63,735 nucleotides of DNA, filler included, from Collodictyon triciliatum (GCA_043381765.1; 11 parts of 11 records of this genome joined end to end with filler, not necessarily neighbours in it); one strand, 5' to 3'. Shown: positions 1 through 12,384, counted from the first letter of the whole stretch. Program-made: numbers and translations. The notes: a model not told the origin generated them from the letters alone.

Positions 1-63
1 CACACACATATTTCTGCCCTCCCCCCCCCACCCCCACCCCCCCCCCTCTCTCTCTCTCTCCCT

Positions 64-133
<70 letters not shown>

Positions 134-143
134 ATTCGCACAG

Positions 144-343
144 GCTCAGATACTGTGGCCCTGATATATGTATATAATTACAATATTCATCCTAATCCAA
201 AACTCTTACTTCTGATAGGCTGACAGGGAGGTCGATATCTCTCGCCAATCAAAAGGTAAGTGCATTCCCGATTACGGGCTTAGACACACCCCTGATATAT
301 TTCAATCTACTGCGCTCTCCTTTGTTTTTTTTTTTTTTTTTTG

Positions 344-381
<38 letters not shown>

Positions 382-2941
382 TACTCACTCGCTAATAATA
401 TGCCTCCTCGCCTGGCTAACATTTATTATCTTTATCTGCTATTTTTAACTGTAAGATTCGAATTTACCTCCACTTCAGAAGACCCCTTCGACGGAGGTAT
501 CATCATTTATGTCAGAGATGTGCCTAATATACATTATCTCCCCAATTCATTTGTATCCAAAGTTTCTTGTTTTGAACGAAACTGACGAAAATATTATTTC
601 TATGCCTCTCCTGTGTTTCTTTCTATTTATCTTTTTGGATCATGCTATAGGAAATTCCCCAGCAAAGGTCTCTTCCATTACTCAGGACAGACACCAAGCA
701 AAATTCGTCGGATGGAGTTCAGAGTCACCCCAACAGACCTGCATCAAAGTATGCATTTAAATGCGCACTATAGTTTCTTTTCTTTTCTAATGTTTCACTT
801 AACTGCGACGATACAGTTTGATATGATACATCTCATACACACACACATTCCTAGAGAATTATAATATAAACCGCCAAATTCACAAAAAGAAAAAAACTAG
901 AGCTAAACCATCTTTATTCACTCTATCCGTGTTGTCTCTATGCCCCTCTAACGGCTTTTGCACATAATGTCACAGAGATTCAAAGCGTCCAATCATTTCC
1001 CCACAACCACCTGGCTCGAGGACATCATCAGGCTCGTCTCCAAAATCAACCATGAGAGGGTCGTCCAGACAAGTCTCTACGAGAACTTCCCCATCGAAGT
1101 GAGGCATCACTCTCATCCCTTCTAACATCAAATAATAATAATAATAATAATCCCCCTGTGTATCCACCTCACTTTTACATACTCGAATGAATTATTAGAA
1201 AACAAGATATACTGTCACATATATCCGAGTTGCATTTGCTCAATATCCACAACAGATACGAGGAGAGGCTGTTCAAATCTCCACCAAAGTCCAATGGTCT
1301 TCCACCGGTCGTCACGTCCAACTATCCAAGGATTGGCATTGACCGCGGGCAAAAAGTGGTTCTTCCCCCCATCGGCGCAGCCCCCAGGTAAGTTTTACTC
1401 TGCTCCAGAAACAGCAATTTTATCTTACGCTAGAGCTCGACCGACTGAATTCTTATTAGATTACTGGGAGGACATCTACTTATTTTTACGTGATTTTTCT
1501 TTTTCTTTTCTTTCGTTGCTTTTGAGAATAAATCTTTTTCCTAAATCGTAAATATATTATGCGTTTCAGAATGATGTCTCCTTCAACACCAACATACCTT
1601 CAGAATGTGAAACCTAAAGTCATCACCAGGTGTGTTTCTGTGATTCATTCAGCTATCCCATCGAACTACTTGATATATATTTTTTTTTTCCCTATCTTTC
1701 AATATGTTATTGTAGTGCATTCATGCATCCAAATCAAGATTAATTAAGTCAGTGACCGCCTCCGTACAGAAACTTTTCGGCTCATCAACCACCCAAAGCT
1801 GAGCCGGAAGAGTTACCTTCTTTCCAACTTTCTGACGTGAAGATCTTTGTGGAGCATTGGTATGAAAGCTTTTCCGTTCTTTTTTTCTTTCTTTCTTCTT
1901 TTCTCTCTCTTTAATCTCTCCTCCCATGGATGTATATTTTGCCCGAGCAACACTTCTAATCAACTACCGCCCAGCCAAAACTGTCGCGAGCATAGCATGT
2001 CGGTACGTCACGACCCCGAGAAATACGAGAAGTACTCGAGAAACGGTATGCCTGCCAAGCCTCTTACTTCAGGAGCCATTAGGCCCCGACATATACGTGC
2101 ATACACAATCATTTTTTCATATCTTGGGACTGCTTTTTTGCTGCGCCTGATTCGCAGACGCCCCAAACATCCACCATCCACCATCCACCCAACCCCGCCT
2201 TTAAGCACCTTACCCCCAGTCCACCCGTGGGGTGATTCTGCCGGACATTATAATTTGCCATTAACCATTCTGATTTGTCCTTCCCGTCAACTTAAACTTC
2301 AACTCCATCAGTGGTGGACGCAATCGAGGGGATGTATCCAGGTGTCGACATGCACGGTTGGTCCCCTTCCAGTACTCCTTTTTTCTTTTCTTTTCTTTTC
2401 TTTTCTTTTCTTTTCTTTTCTTTTCTTTTCTTTTCTTTTCTTTTCTTTTCTTTTCTTTTCTTTTCTTTTCTTTTCTTTTCTTTTCTTTTCTTTTCTTTTC
2501 TTTTCTTTTCTTTTCTTTTCTTTTCTTTTCTTTTCTTTTCTGCCTTTTTTCTTTTGCATCACTACTGCTGTGACCCATACTCGGTCTGTCGGTCTGGTCT
2601 GGTCTGGTCTCTCGCGAGGTCAGCAACGCCATAGTGTGGCCCGTTTGTTGTGTGGCTGACTCTGCTTTCCGCACCCGCCTCACACAGTAAACACCGGACT
2701 CGACCGAGCACCACGCATCGGCTCCTTTGAAGTGACCATCCGCGTGCCCCACCGAAAGGAGCAGGTTTGGCTGATAAAAGAGCTGTGGCGGTTGACAAAA
2801 GCAAAAAGAAAACACAACACCCCACTAAGAGGCGCCCCTTGTCGAGCGCAGGTCATCCACTCGAAGCTGGACTCGCTCAAGTGGCCCAACTCCGAAATCC
2901 TGCTCAAGAAGCTGGAGGCCATCCTCGGCCCGCCATCCTAA
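144..2941 (+). CDS. Multi-exon gene (5'-partial): Ser/Pro-rich region plus C-terminal Rdx-family (SelW/SelT/SelH-like) thioredoxin-fold domain with CxxC
   Basis: Manual splicing gives ...VKIFVEHC|QNCREHSMSVRHDPEKYEKYSRN|VVDAIEGMYPGVDMH|VNTGLDRAPRIGSFEVTIRVPHRKEQ|VIHSKLDSLKWPNSEILLKKLEAILGPPS*. CxxC, PRxGSFEV and HSKL..WP are Rdx motifs; boundaries are GT-AG. Confidence 0.7.
2379..2540 (+). repeat. (TTTTC)n intronic microsatellite; one of many SSRs in the window ((CT)n, (ATAC)n, poly-A, (TTA)n, (CAAA)n, (CACT)n, (TTTC)n, (ATTCCT)n)
   Basis: Seen directly; most contigs begin or end in such SSRs. Confidence 0.95.
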
Positions 2942-3322
2942 GAGACACACCCACAGTCCACAGCCTGCTCCCCAATCTCTTTCTCTCTCTCTCTCTCTCT
3001 CTCTTCATTATTCCTCCGTTCCTGTCGGGCACTCTGTCACGGTTGTTCAGCCCGCACGCCCCTCCCTATGTCACCACCCATGAAATAAACCACAGAACCG
3101 TAAACATAGGACGGGGGCGGCGAATCAGTCAGGTCTGAACTGGGCTTTACTTGACTTGACTGTGTCGGGAATAGGTTGGTGGCAGCGTTGTATTCTTTAA
3201 TCAAATGTCAAGTCCGTGGTGTATGAGAATGAGTGAATCTGTGAATATGTGAAAGAGTCGGGCAGGCGGGGCACTCTCCCCAGGACAACGGCTCCCTGTC
3301 GGGCGGGGCCTTCCTGCGCCGT

Positions 3323-5535
3323 CTACTCGTCAGCCTGCGGGGCCGGGGTTTCCTTCACCGTGACTGTGAACTCAATGGCCGGGGCGGCAGACTCCGGGGC
3401 CGACGCAGCAGCCTTCTCAGCGGCCTTGTCGGTCTTTTCGGACGCGGCTCCCTGCTTCTTGTTTGAGCGCTGGGCGCGGGACTCTTCGCGCGCAATCTTC
3501 TCGGCGGCCGCTCTCTCGATCAGCTCGGCCTTCTTCTTGTCTACCTCGGCACGGACGCGGGCCTTCTCCTCACCGGAGCGGGCGTTGAATCCGTCCTGCA
3601 AAGGAGGGGCAATGGTTAGTTATCTGCCCTGATTTTTCTTTCCCAAGCTTTGGGCGTGGTGAAGCAGCAAAGACTGAAAAAAAAAGTGGGAGGCGCATGT
3701 GCACACGCTAGGGCCGTGAATGTGTATTGGTGATGATTCATATGTTTGTGTGAAATCATTACAAGCTTGGCTTGGATCACAGGCACGCTCTCGAGCAGCT
3801 GTGGAAGCTGGGTTGGGGTCTCCAGACCGAGCTTGTTGAACATGCCTAGAACGTCCAAGGGAATGCGAAGCGTGGCTTCCTGTGAAAGTATGGAGTGGTT
3901 CATTTGAGTTGTTCGTGGTGGTTGTGACCAACTGAGATCAACCAGTTTTCCGTTGTTGTTTGTCGTTTTTTTCATAGAGGGGGGAAAAGAAAAACGGAAG
4001 ATGAAGAGGGGGAATGTGATGATTGATAATTGCCTTCTTCTCAGCCGGCTTAGCAGAGGATTCAGCTGGTGCGCTTTGGGGTGCTTTGGGATTGGCAGCG
4101 GGCTTTGGGGCAGGCTTTGGGGCGGGTTTCTTTGCTCCACTGAACCATTCGTTGTCGTGGTCGGTGACTGAGCGCTGCATGCGAACAAGGCCAGGGACGG
4201 CAGCCGGGGCAGAGCGGGGCGCGGGCTTTGCAGCTTCCTGGGCCTTTGGGTTTCGGCTCTCGATGTACTTGATCAGAGAGACGCAGATGGTCTTCTCCTC
4301 GATGAAGGGCTCGATGGCTGCATCGGTCTCGAGCCTAGGAGGGAAACACAGCATGAGCCAGCTAATCAGAGTGGTTGGTGGGTGCTCGCTTGCCAGTAGC
4401 AGATGCTACAGGACATACCTTTCAAGGTCCTTCTCAAGTCGCTCCTGGTTGCGAGCCTCAAACTCGCGCTGGCGCTTCTCCCACAACATATCACGGGTGT
4501 AGCGCTCGTAGTCCTTGAACTCGTTCAGCTGCTTGTAATAAACGTCCTTTGCAGCCTGGATGTCAGAGTATGACTGCTTGATGACCTCGCGGAGCTTGTC
4601 CTTCTCCTGGATGTAGACGGGGATCTTGCCTCCCTCGGACTTGGCCTTCTCTGAGATGCCGTCAACCAGGGCCTTTTGCTGGGCACGCTGCTCCTTGAGC
4701 TCGGAGATGGAGGCGTTGACTTGGTCAAGGTTTTGACGGATTTGCTTGCGTGTGTTGCGCAGCTCTTCGCGCTGTTGGATCAGGCGCTCCTGGGAAAGCT
4801 GCTGTTCGCTGTGATGATTGAAATGTAGAAGTTGAATACTGTCTATTCAAGGAAGGTTTGGCAGATGGAAGAGCCTAGAGAAATGTTGACAGCTAGACTT
4901 TCTCTCAACTGATGACTTATGGGAGGAAATGGAAGGAGAGAGAGTGGGCTACCGGAGGTCCTTCTTGCTGGCGCGGAGTACCGAGATCTCGGACAGGATC
5001 TTCTTCTCTTGGTTAAGCGACAGGGAGTTGATGGTGATCTCCTCTTCAAGGCGCCTGGCGAGTTCAGCATTAGTCATGTTGCGCATCTACTGTGGAAGAG
5101 GTTCGGAGGGCAAGTTCTGCTATCCAACTGGAGCGCTAAGAGTATTAGCTGACTACGTACTTGATCTTGCGGTCGATCTCTTCCTCACTCGAGACACGGA
5201 CGGCAGTTTTGCTCTTCTCGGAGAGTTCCTAGAGAAGAGAAACCAGGTTGAAGTCTTTAATGGCAATGGCAATAGAATGGAAAGGAAGAAGAGGCACCTT
5301 CCTATGAAGCCAGCGGGCATACAAGAAGGAGACATTTTACTGGATAAAAAGTCAGCTGACTTACATTCATCTTGGCCTCGACGGCGTCGAGTCTCTCGCG
5401 GAGCTGCTTGGCCTCGTCAACCTTTGAGTGGAAATCCTTCGATGTCTCTTTCAGCTTCTCAATTTCGCGGCCAAAGTTCTGGCGACCTTCACCGCTGGAG
5501 CTCTTTGCTCCTTTGATGCTATCATCAAGCTCAGC
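3323..5535 (-). CDS. Bfr1 / proton-pump-interactor-like coiled-coil protein (5'-partial, multi-exon)
   Basis: Exons encode LEEEITINSLSLNQEKKILSEISVL, long K/E coiled coils, IEPFIEEKTICVSLIKYIES and SLDVLGMFNKLGLETPTQLPQL. These resemble Bfr1-family conserved blocks; TAG at 3323-3325. Confidence 0.6.
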
Positions 5536-5712
5536 CTAAGAAGATAAATTAGACCACCGTTTGAAGTAACGATCTACAGTCTCTTTTCCCATAAAAACTG
5601 TGTGCGGAAGTATTGTGTGTGGCAAACACCTCAGAAGAGCAATAACACAAAAAAAAGCAAAAAAAAAAAAAAAAAAGGGGGGGGGGGGGGGGATATAAAT
5701 AACTGTGGTATT

Positions 5713-5812
5713 NNNNNNNNNNNNNNNNNNNNNNNNNNNNNNNNNNNNNNNNNNNNTTAATTAATTAANNNNNNNNNNNNNNNNNNNNNNNNNNNNNNNN
5801 NNNNNNNNNNNN
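5713..5812. other. Artificial contig linker
   Basis: 44 N + TTAATTAATTAA (stops in all six frames) + 44 N. Confidence 0.99.
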
Positions 5813-8800
5813 CGTGACCTGCGTCAGAGATATGAGCAAAACACCCATCGACTTTCTAGACCAAAGCAAAGGAACGAAGTCGTGTTGCTTTCTGTGCGAA
5901 ACTGGATTTACGCTCCACAAAGGTGATCCGAAGTCCCTCCCTCAGTCAGAAAAGCACTTGGATATTGTGGAGACTTACAAGAAGGCGCCAACTTTCGTGA
6001 CTTTCAAGTGCGATGGGCATCCTGAGAAAGAAGCAGTGAAGAGGTGTCTGAGTGGCTGTGGGCATATTTGTGAAGATTGTGTTTTCGCCCACCAAACTTT
6101 AAGGATGATCAATAGTCATAAACTTGTGTTAGTCTTATTTTATGTCTATATATTCTACGCTTCTCCATAACTTTCCAGATACTTTTCTTTCTTTGTTTCG
6201 AATGTCAAGATATAATATATAATTGTATCTTTTGTTTAATTTTTACATCTGATTGACGAAAGAATTAAACTCAGTGATGTGGACAAATCGAGGCCAGTTG
6301 TTTTTGATACTGCGTGCCCAGAGCATAAGCTGTCTTTCACAGAATTCTGCCCAAAAGAAAGCTCGGAGAATCCTTTCATGTGTGCAATGTGCATCGGCCA
6401 GCATTTAAGACAAGTTGGAAAGTGCGAACATGGAGAATTCAGTACGGGTGCTCAGAAAATTTGTAAAGATTTAGGCAATAATAAAAAGAAGATGGACGAG
6501 CATAACAAATCCACTGCAACCTTAGTGAACAAGATCGAAGAAAAGCAGACTGAGGTACCCGAAATTCAATCATGCACATCTACACATTTCTTGATTTCAT
6601 GATTTCATGATTTCATGATGGAACTCTTTGCATGTAAGGTTGAAAATTACATCTCGAACTTGAAGAGCAAGGCCAAAGATGGGTTTGAAAAAATAAGAAA
6701 GGTAGTAGATGAGGAAGAGCTGCGATTTATGGAAAAGGTATATGTTCACTTCAATTATATTTTATATCAAAGTAAATGTTGGGATTATAAAACTACCTAT
6801 CAAATATTTAACAGATTGAAGCCTTCCACAAAAAAATCATCTACCCATTTTCTACCATGAAAGAGCATCTGAAATTCTTGAAAGAGCATTTGGAACATTC
6901 AAAGAAATTTGTGGATGAATCAATTAAAGTTTTTGTTGAAGGAAAATCCCCAGTTAAACTTCCTCTAGCCAAAAGAACCTCGACCTCGATGTTGTCGAAA
7001 AAAATTCCTACAATACCTGAAAGCTTTGCTGAATTTACTGAAACTGTGCCAACATTCACTTTTACTGAGACAAAACCTGGAAATATACGACCTCCTGCTG
7101 CGGTTTTTACTGAGTTAATTTCATCCTCCTCTGAACCCCCATTGAGACAGGATTTATCATGCGAATTTCAACCATGGAGTCAGTTCACACCATTTGGACC
7201 ATTTGAGCCCTCGAATCAGCTCACACCATTTGGACCTCAGCCATCGAATCAACCTCAACACAGACCTCAGCCCTCGAATCATTCCTCACCATTTGGACCT
7301 CAGCCATCGAATCAACCTCAGCATGGACCCTCATCAAATCACCCCTCACCATTTGGACCTCAGCCATCGAATCAACCTCAACACAGACCTCAGCCCTCGA
7401 ATCATCCCTCACCATTTGGACCTCAGCCATCGAATCAGCCCAAACAATGTGGACCTCAGTCATTGGTTCAGAACACCATAGGACCTCCCTCTAAACAAGC
7501 TCTCCAACTCAAAGCTCATGCATCGCGTCAATCTCCATTTGATGGGCCCAAAGCTCAACCCGCACAAGCAGCACGCTCACAGGTGAACTCATTATGTAAA
7601 TATCAGTATATAATTGTTAACTATTCCTTGAAATACAACTCCTGAATTTCAACGATGGTTTGGTGGCATAAACACTGAAGGAGGTAAGATTTTAACATAA
7701 AAATACCTTAAAGCTGAAGAATCAAAAATCTATGTTCTCCAATACTTTTATCTTGATATACACAATATAATTTTTAATCAGATTCTTATGATAACCATTA
7801 ATTTTCCCTCTGTTTAAAAAAGCTAGTCCTCCAATAACAATTTTTCATTTTTAAGGGCGTAAATTTTATCTTATCATGATTTTATATTCACATATTATTG
7901 AAGTCATATTAAATCGATGGTGTTGATGTTTCTGTGGAATTATATCGGTTTGAACTAAAACGGAATATAAACATGAATATCATGACGTGATGAAATCATA
8001 GTTTGTGAGTTTATTCTTCCCGGAAAAAGAATAATTCTATTTAATTGTTACGTTGCATGATGTCTATTTTAAATTTGAGATGCATAACTATGTATACAAG
8101 AATAAGAGTTAACTGATTTATGCGAATACAATGCGATGTCATATTCATATGATTTCTGTGTCTAATTTCTCTGTAATCATAGTTTGTAAGTTTTTATTGA
8201 ATTTGAAAGATAAGATAATATGAGATAATAGAAATAAACATACTCATTTTGTAAATATGAGATGCATAATTATGTATACAAGATATAAGTGCTAGATGAT
8301 TCATGTCAATACGCCATGATGCAATATTCATATGATTTCTGTCTGGTGCATGTGTATAATCATAGACTGTATATTTTTATTCTCTTGAAAGATAAGATAA
8401 TATGAGATGATAAAAATAATTCATACGTTCGTTTATAAGTATGAGATGCATAATCATGTATACAAGAAATAAGTGTTAAATGATTCATGTGAATACATCA
8501 TGATGCAATATTCATATAATTTCTGTGTCTGCTATGTGTATAATTATAGAGAGTAATTTTTATTCCTCTTGAAAGATAAGATAATGTGAGACGATAAAAA
8601 TAATTCATACGTTCGTTTATAAGTATGAGATGCATAATCATGTATACAAGAAATAAGTGTTAAGCGACACATGTGAATGCGCCGTGATGCAATATTCATA
8701 TAATTTCTGTGTCTGCTATGTGTATAATTATAGAGAGTAATTTTTATTTCTCTTGAAAGATAAGATAATGTGAGACGATAAAAAAAAATTCATACGTTCG

Positions 8801-10732
8801 TTTATAAGTATGAGATGCATAATCATGTATACAAGAAATAAGTGTTAAGCGACACATGTGAATACGCCGTGATGCAATATTCATATAATTTCTGTGTCTG
8901 ATTTATGTTTATAGGAGGTAAGTCTTTACTTCTCTTGAATGGCGAGATGATATATGATTATAAAATAAACATATTCATTTGTAAATATGGGATGCACAAA
9001 TATTAATACAAGAAATAAGTGTTAACTGACACATGTGAATAAGCCATGATGCAATACGCATATGATTTTATGTTTGTTTTTGTATAATCATAGTCCGTAA
9101 GTTTTTATTCCTCTTGAAAGGCAGGATAATATGAGATGATAAAAAGAATCATAAATTCGTTTGTAAATATGGGATGCACAAATATTAATACAAGAAATAG
9201 GTGTTGACTGACACATGTGAATAAGCCATGATGCAAACTCATATGATTTTATGTCTGTTTGTGTAAAATTATAGAGAGTAATTTTTTTTTTATTCTCTTG
9301 AAATACAAGATAATATGAGATGATAAAAAGAATCATGTATTCGTTTGTAAATATGGAATGCACAAATATTAATACAAGAAATAGGTGTTGACTGACACAT
9401 GTGAATAAGCCATGATGCAATGTTTATAAAATTTCTGTTTCTGATTCGCGTATAATCATAGCCTGTATATTTTTATTCTCTTGATGAGATGCAAGATACT
9501 ATGTGATGATGAAAAGAATCATAAATTCATTTGTAAATATGAGATGCGCAATTATGTATACAAGAAATAAGTTTAAACTGGCACATGCGAATACACCATG
9601 ATGCAATATTCATATAATTTCTGTGTTTGGTATGTTGATAATTATAGCCTGTAAGTTTTTAATTCTGTTGAAAGATAATATAATATGAGGTGCTAAAAAT
9701 AAACATACATTTGTTTGTAAATATGTGATGCACAATTATGTATACAAGAAATAAGTGCTAAATGATTGACATATCTAAATACACCATGATGCAATATTTA
9801 TATGATTTCTGTTTCTGATTTGTGCATGATGATAGGAAGTAAGCTTTTATTCTCCTGAAGGATGTGATAATATGATACGATAAAAAAAAATATCCATATT
9901 CGTATAATTATGAGATTCGTAATTATGTATATAAGAAATAAGTGCTGATTGGCACGCGAATACACCGTGATGCCATATTCATATGATTTCTGTGTCTGAT
10001 ATCTGTTCATAATCATAGAGAGTAAGCCTTTGTTCTTTTAATAGATAAGATCATGTGAAGCGATAAAAATAAATATATGTTCGTTTGTAATTATAAGATG
10101 CTTCATTATGTATTTAAGAAATAAGTGTTAACAGATGCATTTGAATACCCTATGATGTAATATTCATATGATTTCTGCGCCTGGTATGTTTATAATCATA
10201 GCCTGTAAGTTTATTCCTCTTGAATGATAAGATAATATAAGATGATAAAATTTAACATATATTGATATCATTTGTAAATATGAGATGCGTAATTATGTAT
10301 ACTAGAAATAAGTGTTAACTGACACCTAATCAAAGAGAATAGAGAAGCAGCGTGTGGACTCTGAGGAAATAATCCGCCGGATCATGGAGATCGGCTTCTC
10401 CCGTGAAAATGCGATTGACGGCCTCAAAGCCACGGGCGGAAACGACCCAGACCGTGCAGTGGAATATCTGATGCAAATTCTGCCCAGCCTGGGGGTAAAA
10501 GTGATAACAGATACAGAGGAACACATCGTGATGCAATATTCATATGATTTCTGGTTCTGATATGTTTCTATAATTATAGGATGTAAGTCTTTATTTTTCT
10601 TTAAAGACAATAATATATGAGATGTCGCAAATAAAAAAATGCGTTTTTATGAATATATGATACGCAATGTTATGATAACTATAACTTGGCTGATGTTATA
10701 TTAATATACCTTTTTCAAAAAAAAATTAGTAA
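5813..10732 (+). CDS. RING(partial)-B-box-B-box-coiled-coil (TRIM/RBCC-like) protein with P/Q/S repeats, microexon-encoded linker and C-terminal UBA domain
   Basis: Motifs: CCFLC, CDGH..CLSGCGHICEDCVFAH..H (B-box1), CPEH..FC..CAMCIGQH..H (B-box2), then a coiled coil. The large exon ends CAG|gt at 7582. It is followed by 3-nt exons, UBA exon 10336-10494 (EEIIRRIMEIGFSRENAIDGLKATGGNDPDRAVEYL), GAT exon 10580-10582 and ag|TAA at 10730-10732. Confidence 0.75.
7186..7460 (+). repeat. Coding tandem repeat (PFGPQPSNQPQH.., ~60-63 nt unit)
   Basis: Repeated CCATTTGGACCTCAGCCATCGAATCAACCTCA blocks in ORF 6857-7645. Confidence 0.9.
7990..10680 (+). repeat. ~183-bp AT-rich tandem repeat (about 13-14 units), each unit = one intron + one 3-nt exon
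   Basis: Recurring GATAAGATAATATGAGATG..GAGATGCATAATTATGTATACAAGAAATAAGTGTTAA..ATGATGCAATATTCATATGATTTCTG..ATAATCATAG|NNN|GT, spacing 179-188 nt. Confidence 0.92.
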
Positions 10733-11523
10733 GGTTTCTATTCTATAAAACCAATCAAGTTGATTCGTCAAAAACCATATATCACCTCATTATAAACTCT
10801 GTTTCTTTTTGTTTTTATTTCTTGTTACGATGTAATATTCTGAAATACATCAATCCTTATTTTATATGTGTTAAAAAAAAATGGTCAGCATATAAAATTT
10901 TGTTTTTTAAAGCATAGTAAGCCACATTTCCTTGATGCCATTTTAAAGTTATATGTATTGAACAATGTGAATCGCCATATTCGTCATACTTATCGAATTT
11001 TGGTGGAAACTTCTCTCTATTGTATTTCTTCAGAATCGCAAGGTTATTTTTAAAATAATTCCAATATTCGCCTGCTTGCCACTTAATTATTTCTATTCTA
11101 TTTTTTTTTTTTGAGATGGTTAATTGGTCCGCAAAACATAGGATTTCGACTCAACTTCAAACCATGTGAAATCGCCTGCGTTGAGAATCACCTTTGAAGT
11201 TTGCCTAGTTTTTCAGCATTCAGTACGACAATGTCTCGCTGTTGAGATGTTTGTCTCAACATCAATCCTATCAACCCTATCAATCCGCCATGGAATAAAA
11301 TCAAATCAAGCAACTTCGGTGAAAAGGTGAAGGGTGTATGAGCTGCAGTTTTGGATGACTTTGACTTATTGAGATATCGATAAACTGTTCATCCAACCCG
11401 AAGAAATGTAAAGCAACACAGATATATTTATGCCTAGGAAGCCCTTTAGAACTCGGCACGATTTATTTGCTGAACCTGCTGGTATGGTGTGTTTGTGCTG
11501 GTCTTAAAATGGAACAGGAAACG

Positions 11524-11623
11524 NNNNNNNNNNNNNNNNNNNNNNNNNNNNNNNNNNNNNNNNNNNNTTAATTAATTAANNNNNNNNNNNNNNNNNNNNN
11601 NNNNNNNNNNNNNNNNNNNNNNN
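11524..11623. other. Artificial contig linker
   Basis: N44-TTAATTAATTAA-N44. Confidence 0.99.
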
Positions 11624-11823
11624 ATACATACATACATACATACATACATACATACATACATACATACATACATACATACATACATACATACATACATACA
11701 TACATACATACATACATACATACATACATACATACATACATAGATTCAGAAATACTAGTACGGGATAAGAATATAATCCAGTATAGTTTTCCCTGTTCAA
11801 GGAGAGAAAAGCCGATATGTTGA

Positions 11824-12229
<406 letters not shown>

Positions 12230-12384
12230 GAGCCCGTTTGAGCAGACAAAATACCGCAGATAAAGAAACTTCTGACCTATATGGTAATTATTGTCCTCTG
12301 CAAAGTCTTGCTCTTAAATACGCAGAGAAGATGCTCCAGAATATATTGTCTATCATTATACCAGAAGCGTAACATAGTCGAGGA

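Noticed and set aside
1749-1769. In-frame TGA (possible selenocysteine/readthrough) upstream of the Rdx domain
   Set aside because: The acceptor ccgtacag| at 1769 matches the upstream phase-2 donor and skips the TGA; the CxxC uses TGC/TGT.
2261-2815. Low-complexity ORFs (FFSFL/KKRKE, YVCM, SLTH, poly-F/Y/I etc., here and throughout)
   Set aside because: Translations of intronic or contig-end microsatellites.
7990-10680. Centromeric/nucleosome-length (~180 bp) satellite interpretation
   Set aside because: Lies inside a gene between phase-compatible exons, and every unit carries conserved AG|NNN|GT; kept only as the null hypothesis.
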